Shown here: in pieces, positions 1 to 11,499 of the stretch
Layout of the letters: every line of letters begins with the position of its first letter
How positions within the stretch are numbered: position 1 is the first letter of the stretch
NCBI GenBank assembly: GCA_951406725.2
Contig: OX597833.1
Span: 70,804,001 to 70,868,000 of the forward strand
Direction of reading: 5' to 3'
Length of the DNA stretch: 64,000 nt
Origin: Octopus vulgaris
Taxonomy: Eukaryota
Position numbers and translations under genes: made by a program
The notes under the pieces: model-generated
Seen by the model: only the letters and a program-made list of their open reading frames with translations
The model's database searches: none
Told to the model about the DNA's origin: nothing

Positions 1-225
1 TGGCTGCTCAACGGAGACTTTGAGCTATGGTGAAAATACTGCTAAGAATAATAATAATAATAATATTAATAAGAAACTTATAGTATACACAGCTCAGCTA
101 TGCTGTATATTGGTGTACATTTAAATCTGTATATTTTTTTCTCAAAAGATATATATATATAAAAAGATGAAAAAAATTTACTTTTAACAAGTTTTAAAAG
201 AGTAAATATTTTTATCTATATCAGA

Positions 226-861
<636 letters not shown>

Positions 862-1757
862 GTGAGGGTACAATATGCACTTGTTTGCTAGAAAGAAGAG
901 TTAAAACTCTCCAAAGCCTCACATCTCTCACTATATGTAAACACACACGGAAAATGTTGCAAATATACTAAAACGAAACAGTGGTCCCCATTCGTAAAAC
1001 TACAAAGAGGAGAGAAGATATCCCAGCATCAATTGATTTCGCTTTCTGTGCTGAAAGACACTCAAAACTCATCAGCTAGGCTCACCACATAAACTATTTT
1101 TAAAAATATATTTCCCATGTAAATAGGCAATGTGAAATGAAGTGTCTTGCTTAAGAACACAACACATTGCCCAGTCCAGGAACCAAAATCACAATCTTTT
1201 GATCATGAGTCCAACACCTTAACCACTAAACCATGTGCCTCCACACACACAAACACACATATAACACTTTATTTTAGGGGTTAAGGATGCTACCAATAGT
1301 TTTATGCAGAAGGAATTTCAGAATATTTAAGTGATCCCCACTAAAAAACTGTGTAAATTCTCTTCACGTGAAACCATTGGTAGCATTCTTAACTTTATCA
1401 TCATTTAGCGTCCGTTTTCCATGCTAGCATGGGTTGGATGGTTCAACTGGGGTCTGTGAAGCCGGAAGGCTTCATCAGGCCCAGTCAGATCTGGCAGTGT
1501 TTCTACGGCTGGATGCCCTTCCTAACGCCAATGCCCTTCCTAACGCCAATACCCTTCCTAACGCCAATGCCCTTCCTAACGCCAAAATAAATAATATTGT
1601 AAATAAATAATATTTATTCACCAAGTGCAATGTTGAACACTCATTCTCACTACTCAATGCCATTATATATATGTATATATAATTAGAAATTTAAAAAAGA
1701 TATCAATAAGTACTCCATCTTGTGAGAGATAAATATTATTGATAAACACAATATACA

Positions 1758-1962
1758 TTTTTATAAGCCACTAATAGTTTCATGCGATGAAAACATCTCA
1801 GACAGCATTTTTCAGATATCTGGTGCCTCCGTGCAATCCTCGGGCTCTGCCCATATGGCATAACAAGCTAATACTGAGGACCTCATGAAGGTAGCAGATA
1901 TGTTAAAGAATGCTGTCTGAGATGTTTTCATATCACATGAAACTATAAGTAGCTCATAAAAA
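1758..1962. repeat. Imperfect palindrome of about 200 bp
   Basis: gaaaacatctcagacagcatt pairs with aatgctgtctgagatgttttc; pairing extends both ways. Confidence 0.8.
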
Positions 1963-2140
1963 TATATATATATCACCCATGCCAGCATGGAAAGCAGATG
2001 TTAAATAATGATGATGATGGTGATGTTATATATACACATTGGCAGAGTAAAAGATTGAATAAGAAAAATTCCAGAATATGAAGTAAATAGTGGGATCGTA
2101 ATTATGACCATCGTCCTTTAACGTCCGTTTTCTATGCTGG

Positions 2141-2208
<68 letters not shown>

Positions 2209-2289
2209 TATAGATTGTTCCAAGTGTTATACAGATGTTGTATAGAAAGGAAAAGGAGGGAGTCAGAATTTTGGATAATTATTTCTAAC

Positions 2290-2490
2290 AAGATGTCATT
2301 TCTGCTCTTCTCCTCTGGAAGCCATCTGCTCGCAATGCCAGAGGGTGAACACTCTCCTCCCCTGATGTAATCTCCAGGGATACAGGCATCCAGCAACAGG
2401 ACCTCCGTAATGCCATGATGGACCGTGAAGTCTGGCGTAGCATGGTAAATTCCATTGTCTCAACCACAGTCGAACAATGATGATGATGAT
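2290..2490 (+). mobile_element. RTE-like LINE extreme 3' end
   Basis: Same family as 35458-35885, ends in (GAT)n. Confidence 0.7.
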
Positions 2491-3009
2491 TTCAAACACT
2501 CATCGGATGAGTCTCAGAAAGAAACAGAATGAAAGTGCTCGTAAAGAAATAATTGTCCAAAATTCTGATTACCTTCTTTTTCTTAATAAACAGATAAATA
2601 AATAAATAATCAAAATAAACAAATTAATTAATTAATACATACATACATACATACATATTTACCTCATATGGATATAGTGAACATATGAATTGATATAATA
2701 AATATACTTATATATACATAAAGAATTAACCAAAACCATCGGGGTGGCATCCAAGGATTGAAACCAGTAAAAGAGAAAACCAGAAAAGGGGTTTGGGGTT
2801 TGTCTTTGTGTCACTTTACACTAAAAGGCCCAGTTCACCTAGCCGCACATAGGTGCCACTTGACACAAGCAGTTGTAGCACTACAAAATTAATGAATCTT
2901 TTATTAATTTTGCAGTGATCAGTCCTTCTCCTCATATGGGGACAGTTCTCCCCCAGGGTCCACATGACCCTTGAGGGTGGTGGGGGGCATACAAGATTTT
3001 TTCAAGGGG

Positions 3010-3178
3010 GCCAGTCAATTTGATCGACCCCAGTGTGCAACTGGTACTTAATTCATTGGCCCCGAAAGAACAAAAGGCAAAGTTGACCTCGGTGGAATTT
3101 GAACTCAGAACATAAAGCCAGATGAAATAGCACTAAACATTTCGCCTGGTGTGCTAACCACTCTGCCACCTCACCACC
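3010..3178 (-). mobile_element. tRNA-derived SINE family B monomer
   Basis: Reverse of gtggcaga...gagttcaaattcc...ctttgccttt...aagtaccag. Confidence 0.75.
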
Positions 3179-3184
3179 ACCACC

Positions 3185-3237
<53 letters not shown>

Positions 3238-4948
3238 TACAAAAATATTCTTTCAAACACTGAATGGATATGGAGGGCCCAGGAGAGTAAAATGGAAACT
3301 GAAAGGGGTCCATTGGTAAAGAAATGGTTAAGAACCACTGCACTAAATAAATGGTGCAAAGAGAAACAGGCAAAAGAAGGATCCCTAACATCATCACTTA
3401 AAGAGCTAAACATAGCAACCAAATCTCCCTCCAATGACTCACTTCCGTCTTAAGTAAGGAAAGGAAACATTAGACATACTCCCAAAAAAGACTGGATGGT
3501 CATACCTGTAATGTCTGTGATCACAGTTGACCTAGGGTTAAACAGTAACATGAGAAAGATTTAATAAGGTCCTGCCCTGATGCAATGAGATGTGGGACTC
3601 GGAATTAATGAAAAAAGTGGGGAAAAAAGGCATTTATATCTATAATCCTTCTCAGATAATTTTAGGAATTATCAGAATGTCAAAAAGGATTCCAAGTGAA
3701 ATGAATTCTACGTCTGACACCGACTCACTTTAACCTCTGACCCACCCAACCCATGTGTATGGGACCCAAGATACAAAACTGCTAATGTTAGAATGTTAGG
3801 AATTAAATTAATAAGAAGAAGAATTTAGAGACTTTGAGAGATATGGAATAAATAATTTTTAATGGGAGACCTCAATAGTTTGTAAATATTCCCTTCTACT
3901 TTTGGCCATGAAAAATATTCTTCTTCCACCATCACTTTAAGAATATTCTCATTTTTAATCCAAACGCCAGTTATTTGTTTTGCAAAATCTCTCAAAATTC
4001 TGCTAAAGTTATTTTTAAAAAAATGTTTTTTAATTACTTAGAGGAAGAAGGGTGATGATAGTGGGGGTTACGACCCTTTCCAGGATGTCCAAGGCTGGTG
4101 GGAAGAAGCGATAAAGTTATCTACAAACCAGAAAGCTGGCAGGAAGACTTGTAGTTGACTGAACTGAGCCAAAGGCACACAACGACACCAGGTGGGGGGG
4201 GGGGGGGTCTTTAAAAAGTTGATGGATTAAGTTTATCATCTGAGAAAAGGGAATGGTTCCTCCAAAAGGCTTCCACATAGTTTCCAGCAAACAAATTCCA
4301 ATCACAAGACTTTGGTCAACCCAAGACAATGGTAAAGAACATTGTCCTAGGTATGTCATGGTTGGATTCAACTGCATATCACTTAATTGTGACTTCCTTG
4401 ACCACAAGCTTTGCCTGCCCCTGGATGAAACACACACAAGGTGTTTCAGTTGGAATTTGGTAAATGTTAACCAAGAAACAACATTAAAATAAAAGGAGAG
4501 AATGGTAACTCTAAGATATTTGATGTTTTTCAATTAAAATAATGGTCCTTGAGATTAACGCTTTTTGATATCACCTGAGATCACCCCTGGCTTTACGATA
4601 CAAATTTTAGGTTTAATATGACCTAAATGGAAATCTTGCTTCAAAATTCCAAACACCAGCTTAATAACAATAATAAAATGTTATTTTAACTAAGTTTTTT
4701 ATTCGTTTCAAAATTGAAACAGAAATAGTGAATTTCAACAGAAATATGGTAACAAAATGGTTAGAATATATAAAATATATAAAATATACAGTTATTCCAC
4801 ACCAAAAAAATAAATAAAATTTTATGTACAAACAATGGAATATGATATGAAAATAGTTCTTGCCAGTTGTGTTTGGTTCTGGATCTTTTTTCGGTAATTA
4901 TTTTTGTGTTTAATCATCTGAGTCTTCTAAATGAAATTCTATACTTAC

Positions 4949-5072
4949 TCCGATAATTCTTTAAAAATATATGGAAACACATTCCACATAAACAAATGAA
5001 AAATCCCACAGCATTTAGAATGGAAATATGGTCCCCGTTGATTTCAGCAGCTAAAAAGAGTACAATTATTTC
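4949..5072 (-). CDS. SLC35C2: SLC35C2-like coding exon 8 (EIIVLFLAAEINGDHISILNAVGFFICLCGMCFHIFLKNYR)
   Basis: Acceptor ctctctttgtag, donor GGA|GTAAGT. 124 nt. Matches [34 protein letters not shown]. Read-through would stop at TGA 4914-4916. Confidence 0.92.
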
Positions 5073-5410
5073 CTACAAAGAGAGGCAGAAGAGCAAATTA
5101 GAAACTACTGACTCATTAATTATGCTTGAAAAATACGAAGCAAAACTAATTAAAAAAAAACTAATCAATAACATATTGATTGTTGTATCATTTACAAACT
5201 GAAACAAAATTACAGAGAAAAACCTAAATTAAAACATTGGAGCAGATCATCCCATAACGTGTTTGAAACCTTGACTAATGAAAGCGTTTACACATACAAC
5301 ACAAAACCTTTCCTCCGAAAGATTTGTGTTATTCGGTTTTTCTAAGATTTTTTTTAAATAGTTAAAAAATTTTTAAGAAAATCTTTCTTCAAATATATAA
5401 ATATATATAA

Positions 5411-5685
5411 CTAGCAGTATCGCCCGGCGTTGCTCGGGTTTGTAAGGGAAATAACTATATAAGCATTTTTAGTGAAAAATGCATTAAAAATGCGGAAAAA
5501 TGATGGTAAATTTTTTTTAAATCGTAGACTCATCGTAGACGCGCACTAATACCCAGAAGGGCTCGATATGAATCACGACTATAAGATACCCGCTTTTGGT
5601 TAAACTGCACCGCAAAATGTGGGAGTAGTTAGGAATCTAAATCAGAGTAGACAGACTCTCACACAACTTCAGTTTTATATATAAA
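5411..5685 (-). mobile_element. Non-autonomous Helitron
   Basis: Same 3' terminus as 16150-16189 in reverse (ctagcagtatcgcccggcgttgctcggg) and a similar 5' end. Confidence 0.75.
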
Positions 5686-5929
5686 TATTTGCCCTGTTTA
5701 TAATTATACCATATGTTATATATATATTATACCATCCCTTGACACTGTGTGGACTAAGATCACAGTTGACAGTCCACTGGTATTTATAGAGTGTTCAACA
5801 CTTTTGGTATGCAAATTAGGGACTCCTTCATAGAGTAACTTCTGCATTTGTTGAGTATATAAACAGTTTGGCTGCTTGTTTCTCTGGAGATTGTCAGAAT
5901 GATGTAGACACCTCTGATGAGAACCCAAT

Positions 5930-6310
5930 AACATTCGAAAATGTTGGTCCTCAATGAGGCAATGACTGAGTCCTTTGGTTTTATGTCGTGCTTGAGAAGA
6001 AGAAGACCTCTCAAGCTGAGCAAAATTGCAGTTGTGGCAAATACCAGTGTCATGCAAATTGGCACCTGTGCTAGTGGCATGTAAAAGTACCCCAGTGGTA
6101 CATAAAAGCACCCTGGTTGCACATGAAAGAACCCCGGTGTCACACAAATGGAACCTATGCCAGTGGCACATAAAAGCACCCATTACACTCTAAGAGTGGT
6201 TGGCGTTAGGAAGGGCATCCAGCTGTAGAAAAGCATGCCAAATCAGACTAGAGTTTGGTGCAGCCTTCCAGCGTGCCAGCCCAGTCAAACAGTCCAATCC
6301 ATGCCAGCAA
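5930..6310 (+). mobile_element. RTE-like LINE extreme 3' end with family C tail
   Basis: Begins with sequence resembling the end of the RTE ORF at about 48670-48740, then aaaagcacc subrepeats and ggaagggcatccagctgtag. Confidence 0.6.
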
Positions 6311-6432
6311 CTCAATAAAGACAAAATTATTTCCCTAAATTCTTTATTGTCTTCAAAACTGACCGAAACAAAAGCAGAATATTTCAACAGAAATAAGACA
6401 ACAAAAGGTTTTTAAAATTTCAAAGAGTTTAC

Positions 6433-6608
6433 CTTGAAAATTCCTGCAATGGAAAGAGTAAGACTAGAAGTGTTACTAATCAGGAGAAATTCAGCTATTT
6501 CCATAAAGAAGGCGAGTATGGCACCAATTAATGCCCAACCACAGTTCTTCAAGGCCACAGATATATGTTCATATCGGAAAAACTGCTTTGTGCTGACAAT
6601 TCGCAAAC
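6433..6608 (-). CDS. SLC35C2: SLC35C2-like coding exon 7 (GLRIVSTKQFFRY...EFLLISNTSSLTLSIAGIFK)
   Basis: Acceptor ttttgtag, donor AAG|GTAAAC. 176 nt, phase 1 to 0. TSSLTLSIAGIFK is the same as the recalled human SLC35C2 segment. Confidence 0.95.
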
Positions 6609-6657
6609 CTACAAAATTTTTTTTAAATACATCAACCCACAAGTAAAAAAGATAAAA

Positions 6658-6690
<33 letters not shown>

Positions 6691-6719
6691 TATATTATAT
6701 ATTATATTATATATTATTA

Positions 6720-6750
<31 letters not shown>

Positions 6751-6900
6751 AAATATTATTCTATTTGTAAAAGCTGTGGCCCATATAACCAGGACCCGTA
6801 TAAGATTTAGTTGTTAAAAATAATGTGTAATAATTTGGTTACATTTCTACAATATTCAAAATATTGTAATAATTTGTTTTTATACAATTCCTAGTAATAT

Positions 6901-7120
6901 TTAACCCTTTCGTTACCAACCCAGCTGAAACTGGCTTTGGCTCTGTAGTACAAATGTCTTGTTTTCAAAAGTTTTGAATTAAAATCTTCCACCAAACCTC
7001 AGTCACAATTTATGTTCCTAACACTAGCTTAATGATAACTCAGTTATTTTACTAAATTCTTTGTTATATTCAAAGTAATTGAAAGAAACACAGAACATAT
7101 CAAAATAAATTCAGTAACAA
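6901..7120. mobile_element. piggyBac-like MITE, right end damaged
   Basis: Left end TTAACCCTTTCGTTACC, same internal sequence as the family. Confidence 0.75.
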
Positions 7121-7939
7121 ATCATAAAAATATTATGGGATTTCTTTAAAACTTCAAATGGTTATTGAGGGTCCAGTAGTGTAAAATAAGAATCCAAAGG
7201 TAAAAAAATAGTTAAGGTCCACTAGTTTAAAGGGTTTCAAAATGATTTATATACTTTTATAGTTCCTCCTCTTTGACAAACAGTGGGTGACCCCTGTGCA
7301 GTTTAGTTTCCTGCCAGAAAGATTTGATCTGCCTCAAATTACACCCTAATGTCTTAAACAAACATTGATACATTGATTCATGTGGTACCTGGTCAACGAA
7401 CAGGTGAGAGTGTCACGGCTAGAAGGCTAGAAATAGCAGCAAAATATTTCTCAAATCATACTGCTACATTCTGAAAGTAATACACTGGATAGTCATCATC
7501 AGCACCACCACCACCACCACCACCACCACCATCACCATCATTCCAATGTCTACTTTTGTCCATGCCAGCATGACTCGGACAAGACTATGTCGGGACAGAG
7601 TCTTCTATGGCCAGATGCCCCTTTCTTTGGCCAACCCCCACCTGTTTCCAAGTGAGGTTAATAATCTCCCAGTCTATTGAACAACAAACAGCCAGGAGCC
7701 TGGATATGGTTGCATGGAGATTTGGAAATAAATGGCACCATTTGAATGTAAGTTTGGTTTATGAAGATCCTGCAACATGCCAAGAAGCCCGGGCATGTTT
7801 CCACGGTGGACTGCAAGCTAACTACACCTGTACCATCAGCAAAGGCCATTGTTTACAGTCAGTAAATATTGTGTGAAGGAAGTATGGAATCACATAAACA
7901 CATACATCTGTCTGTCTGTCTGCCTGTCTGTATATATAT

Positions 7940-7970
<31 letters not shown>

Positions 7971-7971
7971 C

Positions 7972-8390
7972 AAGGCATTGAGCTGGCAGAACCGTTAGCA
8001 CACCGGGCGAAATGCTTAGCGGTATTTCATCTGCCGTTATGTTCTGAGTTCAAATTCCGCCGAGGTCGACTTTGCTTTTCATCCTTTCGGGGTCGATAAA
8101 TAAAGTACCATTTTCCCACTGGAGTCGATGTAATCGACTTAATCCGTTTGTCTGTCCTTGTTTGTCTCCTCTATGTTTAGCCCCTTGTGGGTAGTAAAGA
8201 AACAGGTATTTCGTCTGCCGTTACGTTCTGAGTTCAAATTCCGCCGAGGTAGACTTTGCCTTTCATCCTTTCGGGGTCGATTAAATAAGTACCAGTTACG
8301 CACTGGAGTCGATGTAATCGACTTAATCCCTTTGTCTGTCCTTGTTTGTCCCCCTCTGTGTTTAGCCCCTTGTGGGTAGAAAAGAAATAG
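7972..8390 (+). mobile_element. SINE family B dimer
   Basis: Head agctggcagaa, B box gagttcaaattcc. Two core units 184 nt apart (8021 and 8205). Inserted in (GAT)n. Confidence 0.85.
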
Positions 8391-8462
8391 ATGATGATGA
8401 TGATGATTGTGTGTGTGTGTGTTTGGGGGGGTAGAGGGAGGGAGGAGGAGATCAGAACAAAC

Positions 8463-8546
8463 CTTCGAATGAAGCCGACAATGGTAAAAGGCTAAGGATC
8501 ATCCAGGGTTCAATATGATACATCATATCGAGGGGGTTGCTTAAAC
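8463..8546 (-). CDS. SLC35C2: SLC35C2-like coding exon 6 (GLSNPLDMMYHIEPWMILSLLPLSASFE)
   Basis: Acceptor ttttcgtttcag, donor AAG|GTTTGT. 84 nt, phase 1 to 1. Matches GLQNPIDTMFHLQPLM. Confidence 0.93.
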
Positions 8547-8668
8547 CTGAAACGAAAATATAAAACAAAAAACATCTGTTATTGCTATGGTTACGATATC
8601 TGCTTCACTGCAATACAAAAATATAAAATATTGAAAAATAACTAACAGTTATAGGCGCAGTTATAACT

Positions 8669-8855
8669 ATAGGCACAGGAGTGGCTGTGTGGTAAGTAGC
8701 TTGCTTACCAACCACATGGTTCCGGGTTCAGTCCCACTGTGTGGCACCTTGGGCAAGTGTCTTCTGCTATAGCCCCGGGCCGACCAATGCCTTGTGAGTG
8801 GATTTGGTAGACGGAAACTGAAAGAAGCCTGTCATATATATATATATAATATATG

Positions 8856-8906
<51 letters not shown>

Positions 8907-9131
8907 TGTGTGTGTATATGTTTGTGTGTCTGTGTTTGTCCCCTTAGCATTGCTTGACAACTGATGCTGGTGTGTTTACGTCCCCGTCACTTAGCGGTTC
9001 GGCAAAAGAGGGACCGATATAATAAGTACTGGGCTTACAAAGAATAAGTCGCGGGGTTGATTTGCTCGACTAAAGGCGGTGCTCCAGCATGGCCGCAGTC
9101 AAATGACTGAAACAAGTAAAAGAGTAAAAAG
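8669..9131 (+). mobile_element. tRNA-derived SINE family A
   Basis: A box gtggctgtgtggt, B box ggttcagtccc, CORE-like ccttgggcaagtg, internal TA/TG microsatellite, (agtaaaag) tail. About 15 copies in the window. Confidence 0.85.
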
Positions 9132-9779
9132 TAACTAATAGTGACACAAGCAGTAAACATTGCAAGATGGGGCCTCATTTATCCCCACTTAAAAGTGGGT
9201 GTTGTGTTAGAACATGGAATACTGTAATATTCAGCATGAGAGAACCTCTCATGTCAGCTTTCAGAGCCTACAGGCACTCTTGTCTACATTGCTAGCAGGA
9301 GATAATTGTCCATTGGTACCACTGGAAATACCAGATCACATGATTTCAACCTTCCTTGGCCTTGTCAATGTTAGATACCCACCAGTAGACATAGCAGCAA
9401 TTCCACCCTCAGCAATATATGTATATAGGATCCTAGCATGTATTCAGGCACTGCTAATTAGGTCACTGCCAATTAGGCCACTTAGGTGACAGAAACTATT
9501 TACCACCTCTAAAGATCCTCTTAGACATTTGAGAAAATGTGTGTGTGTGTGTGTGTGTATGTGTGTGTTTTTACTTTAGACATCAAAATTGATGTTACTT
9601 ATGTTGTGTCCTTTCATGTTCTGTAACTAAGCAGTTTGACAAATAGAGTTCAATAAAATAATTAGCTGACTGAAGTGAGTATCGACACTGATGTTACTGG
9701 CACCCTAGCATGGCTGCAGTCCAATGATTGAAACCGGTGAAATAATAAAAAGATTAAAAATATGATGCAAAGTACAAAC

Positions 9780-9948
9780 CTAGCCCTTCTTTTTGTGCCA
9801 CCAGTTGTGTTAGGGTCCAACGGAGTCCGGAGAGAAATGTCGCGGTCATCACCAGCATAAAGCCAATTAGGTTGAATTCAGTGGAATGGTAAGTGAAGAG
9901 GAATAAACCACCGGAAATGAAGACAACGACCACAAGTAGAGATGGTCG
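9780..9948 (-). CDS. SLC35C2: SLC35C2-like coding exon 5 (RPSLLVVVVFISGGLFLFTYHSTEFN...GLRWTLTQLVAQKEGL)
   Basis: Acceptor ccccctttcatag, donor TAG|GTTTGT. 169 nt, phase 0 to 1. Matches IAGGLFMFTYKSTQFN...GIRWTLTQMLLQK. Confidence 0.95.
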
Positions 9949-10027
9949 CTATGAAAGGGGGAAACAAGCAGAAAGAGAGGAAACAATATTAAAAATCGTA
10001 GCTAATTTATACATACATGCATATATA

Positions 10028-10235
10028 TAGTTAATCCAAACAAGAATACAAAAAGACAACAACGCAAGGATGTGGAACAAATATAGTATTATTGGACACT
10101 CAGGAAAGAAAGGAAGAAGGAGGGTTTGACGTTTTGAGCGGAGCTCTTCGTCGGAAACATAGGAGAAGGAAAGATCCCGTGAAGGGAAGACAGAGGAAAA
10201 AAAAATCGCTAGTGATACAGACAAGGTCACATACT
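10028..10235 (-). mobile_element. Penelope-like terminal-repeat fragment, copy 1
   Basis: About 200 bp of clear similarity to 33392-33602. Carries a hammerhead-like motif. Confidence 0.5.
10124..10158 (-). ncRNA. Degenerate hammerhead-like motif, same family as 33491
   Basis: gttt-CCGACGA-a-gagc tcc gctc-AAAA-cg-TC-aaac. Two core changes. Confidence 0.4.
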
Positions 10236-10438
10236 AAAAGGCGGAAGTGGTCAGAGTAGAAGAAAATGTTTTTAAAAAGCAGGAGAGCTATATCAAAGAC
10301 GGAATGGTAAAGAAGGTGTGCGATGATGACAAGTGTGTGTGTGTGTGTGTGTGTATGGTGAACAACAGGCTAGTAGCAGGCCAGAAGTAGAATTAAGGAG
10401 TGGTGTGTGGGTACACTAGCAGGTATATATATATACAT

Positions 10439-11268
10439 ATTAGAGGGAAACCACTACGTGGACACCCTTATGCTAGAAATAGATCCGCTATGGTCTTACC
10501 ACTAAGAAATGTTCTCAACCAAAACGTAATCAAGCAAGACAAAAGAAAAAGAAATAAAAATATGGATTATTTGCATACAGGTCTGACTTTGTGCAGACGT
10601 CCTAGTATGCAGTCCTGCAAATTATATTCATTTGGACAGTCGCACCGATGATCTACAGACATTTATGTAAGTAAAATTATGTAATATGGTAATAGTGAAA
10701 CATGTATACTCTTACTCTTTTACTTGTTTCAGTCATTTGACTGCGGCCATGCTGAAGCACCGCCTTTAGTCGAGCAACTCGACCACGGGACTTATTCTTT
10801 GTAAGCCCAGTACTTATTCTATCAGTCTCTTTTTGCCGAACCGCTAAGTGACGGGGACATAAACAGACCAGCATCGGTTGTCAAGCAATGCTAGGGGGAC
10901 AAACACAGACACACAAACACACACACATACATATACATATATACATACATATATACGACGGGCTTCTTTCAGTTTCCGTCTACCAAATCCACTCACAAGG
11001 CATTGGTCGGCCCGGCGCTATAGCAGAAGACACTTGCCCAAGATGCCACGCAGTGGGACTGAACCCGGAACCATGTGGTTGGTTAGCAAGCTACTTACCA
11101 CACAGCCACTCCAACACCTATACCATATTTTTATTGCTTTCTCTTTTGTCTTGCTCGATTACGTTTTGGTTGTTTTGCTAAATTTTTCTTGAGAACATTT
11201 CTTTGTGGTAAGACCATAGCGGATCTATTTCTAGCATAAGGGTGTCCACGTAGTGGTTTCCCTCTAAT
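10439..11268. repeat. Fold-back element with long inverted arms
   Basis: 10439-10565 is the reverse complement of 11123-11268, apart from one indel of about 20 nt. Confidence 0.85.
10707..11120 (-). mobile_element. SINE family A
   Basis: Full-length reverse copy inside fold-back element 10439-11268. Confidence 0.85.
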
Positions 11269-11499
11269 TTGTATATAATACAATTTTACTGAACCTTCAG
11301 TTTTTTATATGCTAGACCACTGGTGTGAAATCGATGTTAATTAAATTAATATCCAATTTCTCACCCTCATTTTAAATTTATATATATATGTATAAATCAA
11401 ACAAAATTATTTCTTAACTATTAGTATTTTCTCCATAAAATCTCTTCAGAAAACTACAGAAACCTATAAATCTCTAATGAGAAAAGGCATTGTTTTATA

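Noticed and set aside
967-1050. Candidate terminal SLC35C2 exon (TQKAKSIDAGISSLLF...)
   Set aside because: An acceptor and compatible phase exist, but there is no recognisable homology, so it cannot be told from chance.
1514-1585. 18-bp x4 tandem giving an ALGRAL repeat peptide
   Set aside because: Slippage expansion inside a family C repeat copy, non-coding.
4910-4948. 22-nt GT...AG micro-intron giving a KDSDD* C-terminus
   Set aside because: Too short for a typical metazoan spliceosomal intron.
8669-8745. tRNA-like A/B boxes at the heads of families A, B, D and E
   Set aside because: No complete cloverleaf, and they run into SINE bodies, so they are not tRNA genes.
10878-11192. Recurring MSSNARGTNTDTQ / MLGGQTQTH / RRASFSFRLPNPLTR ORF family
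   Set aside because: Antisense translations of SINE A copies, not a gene family.
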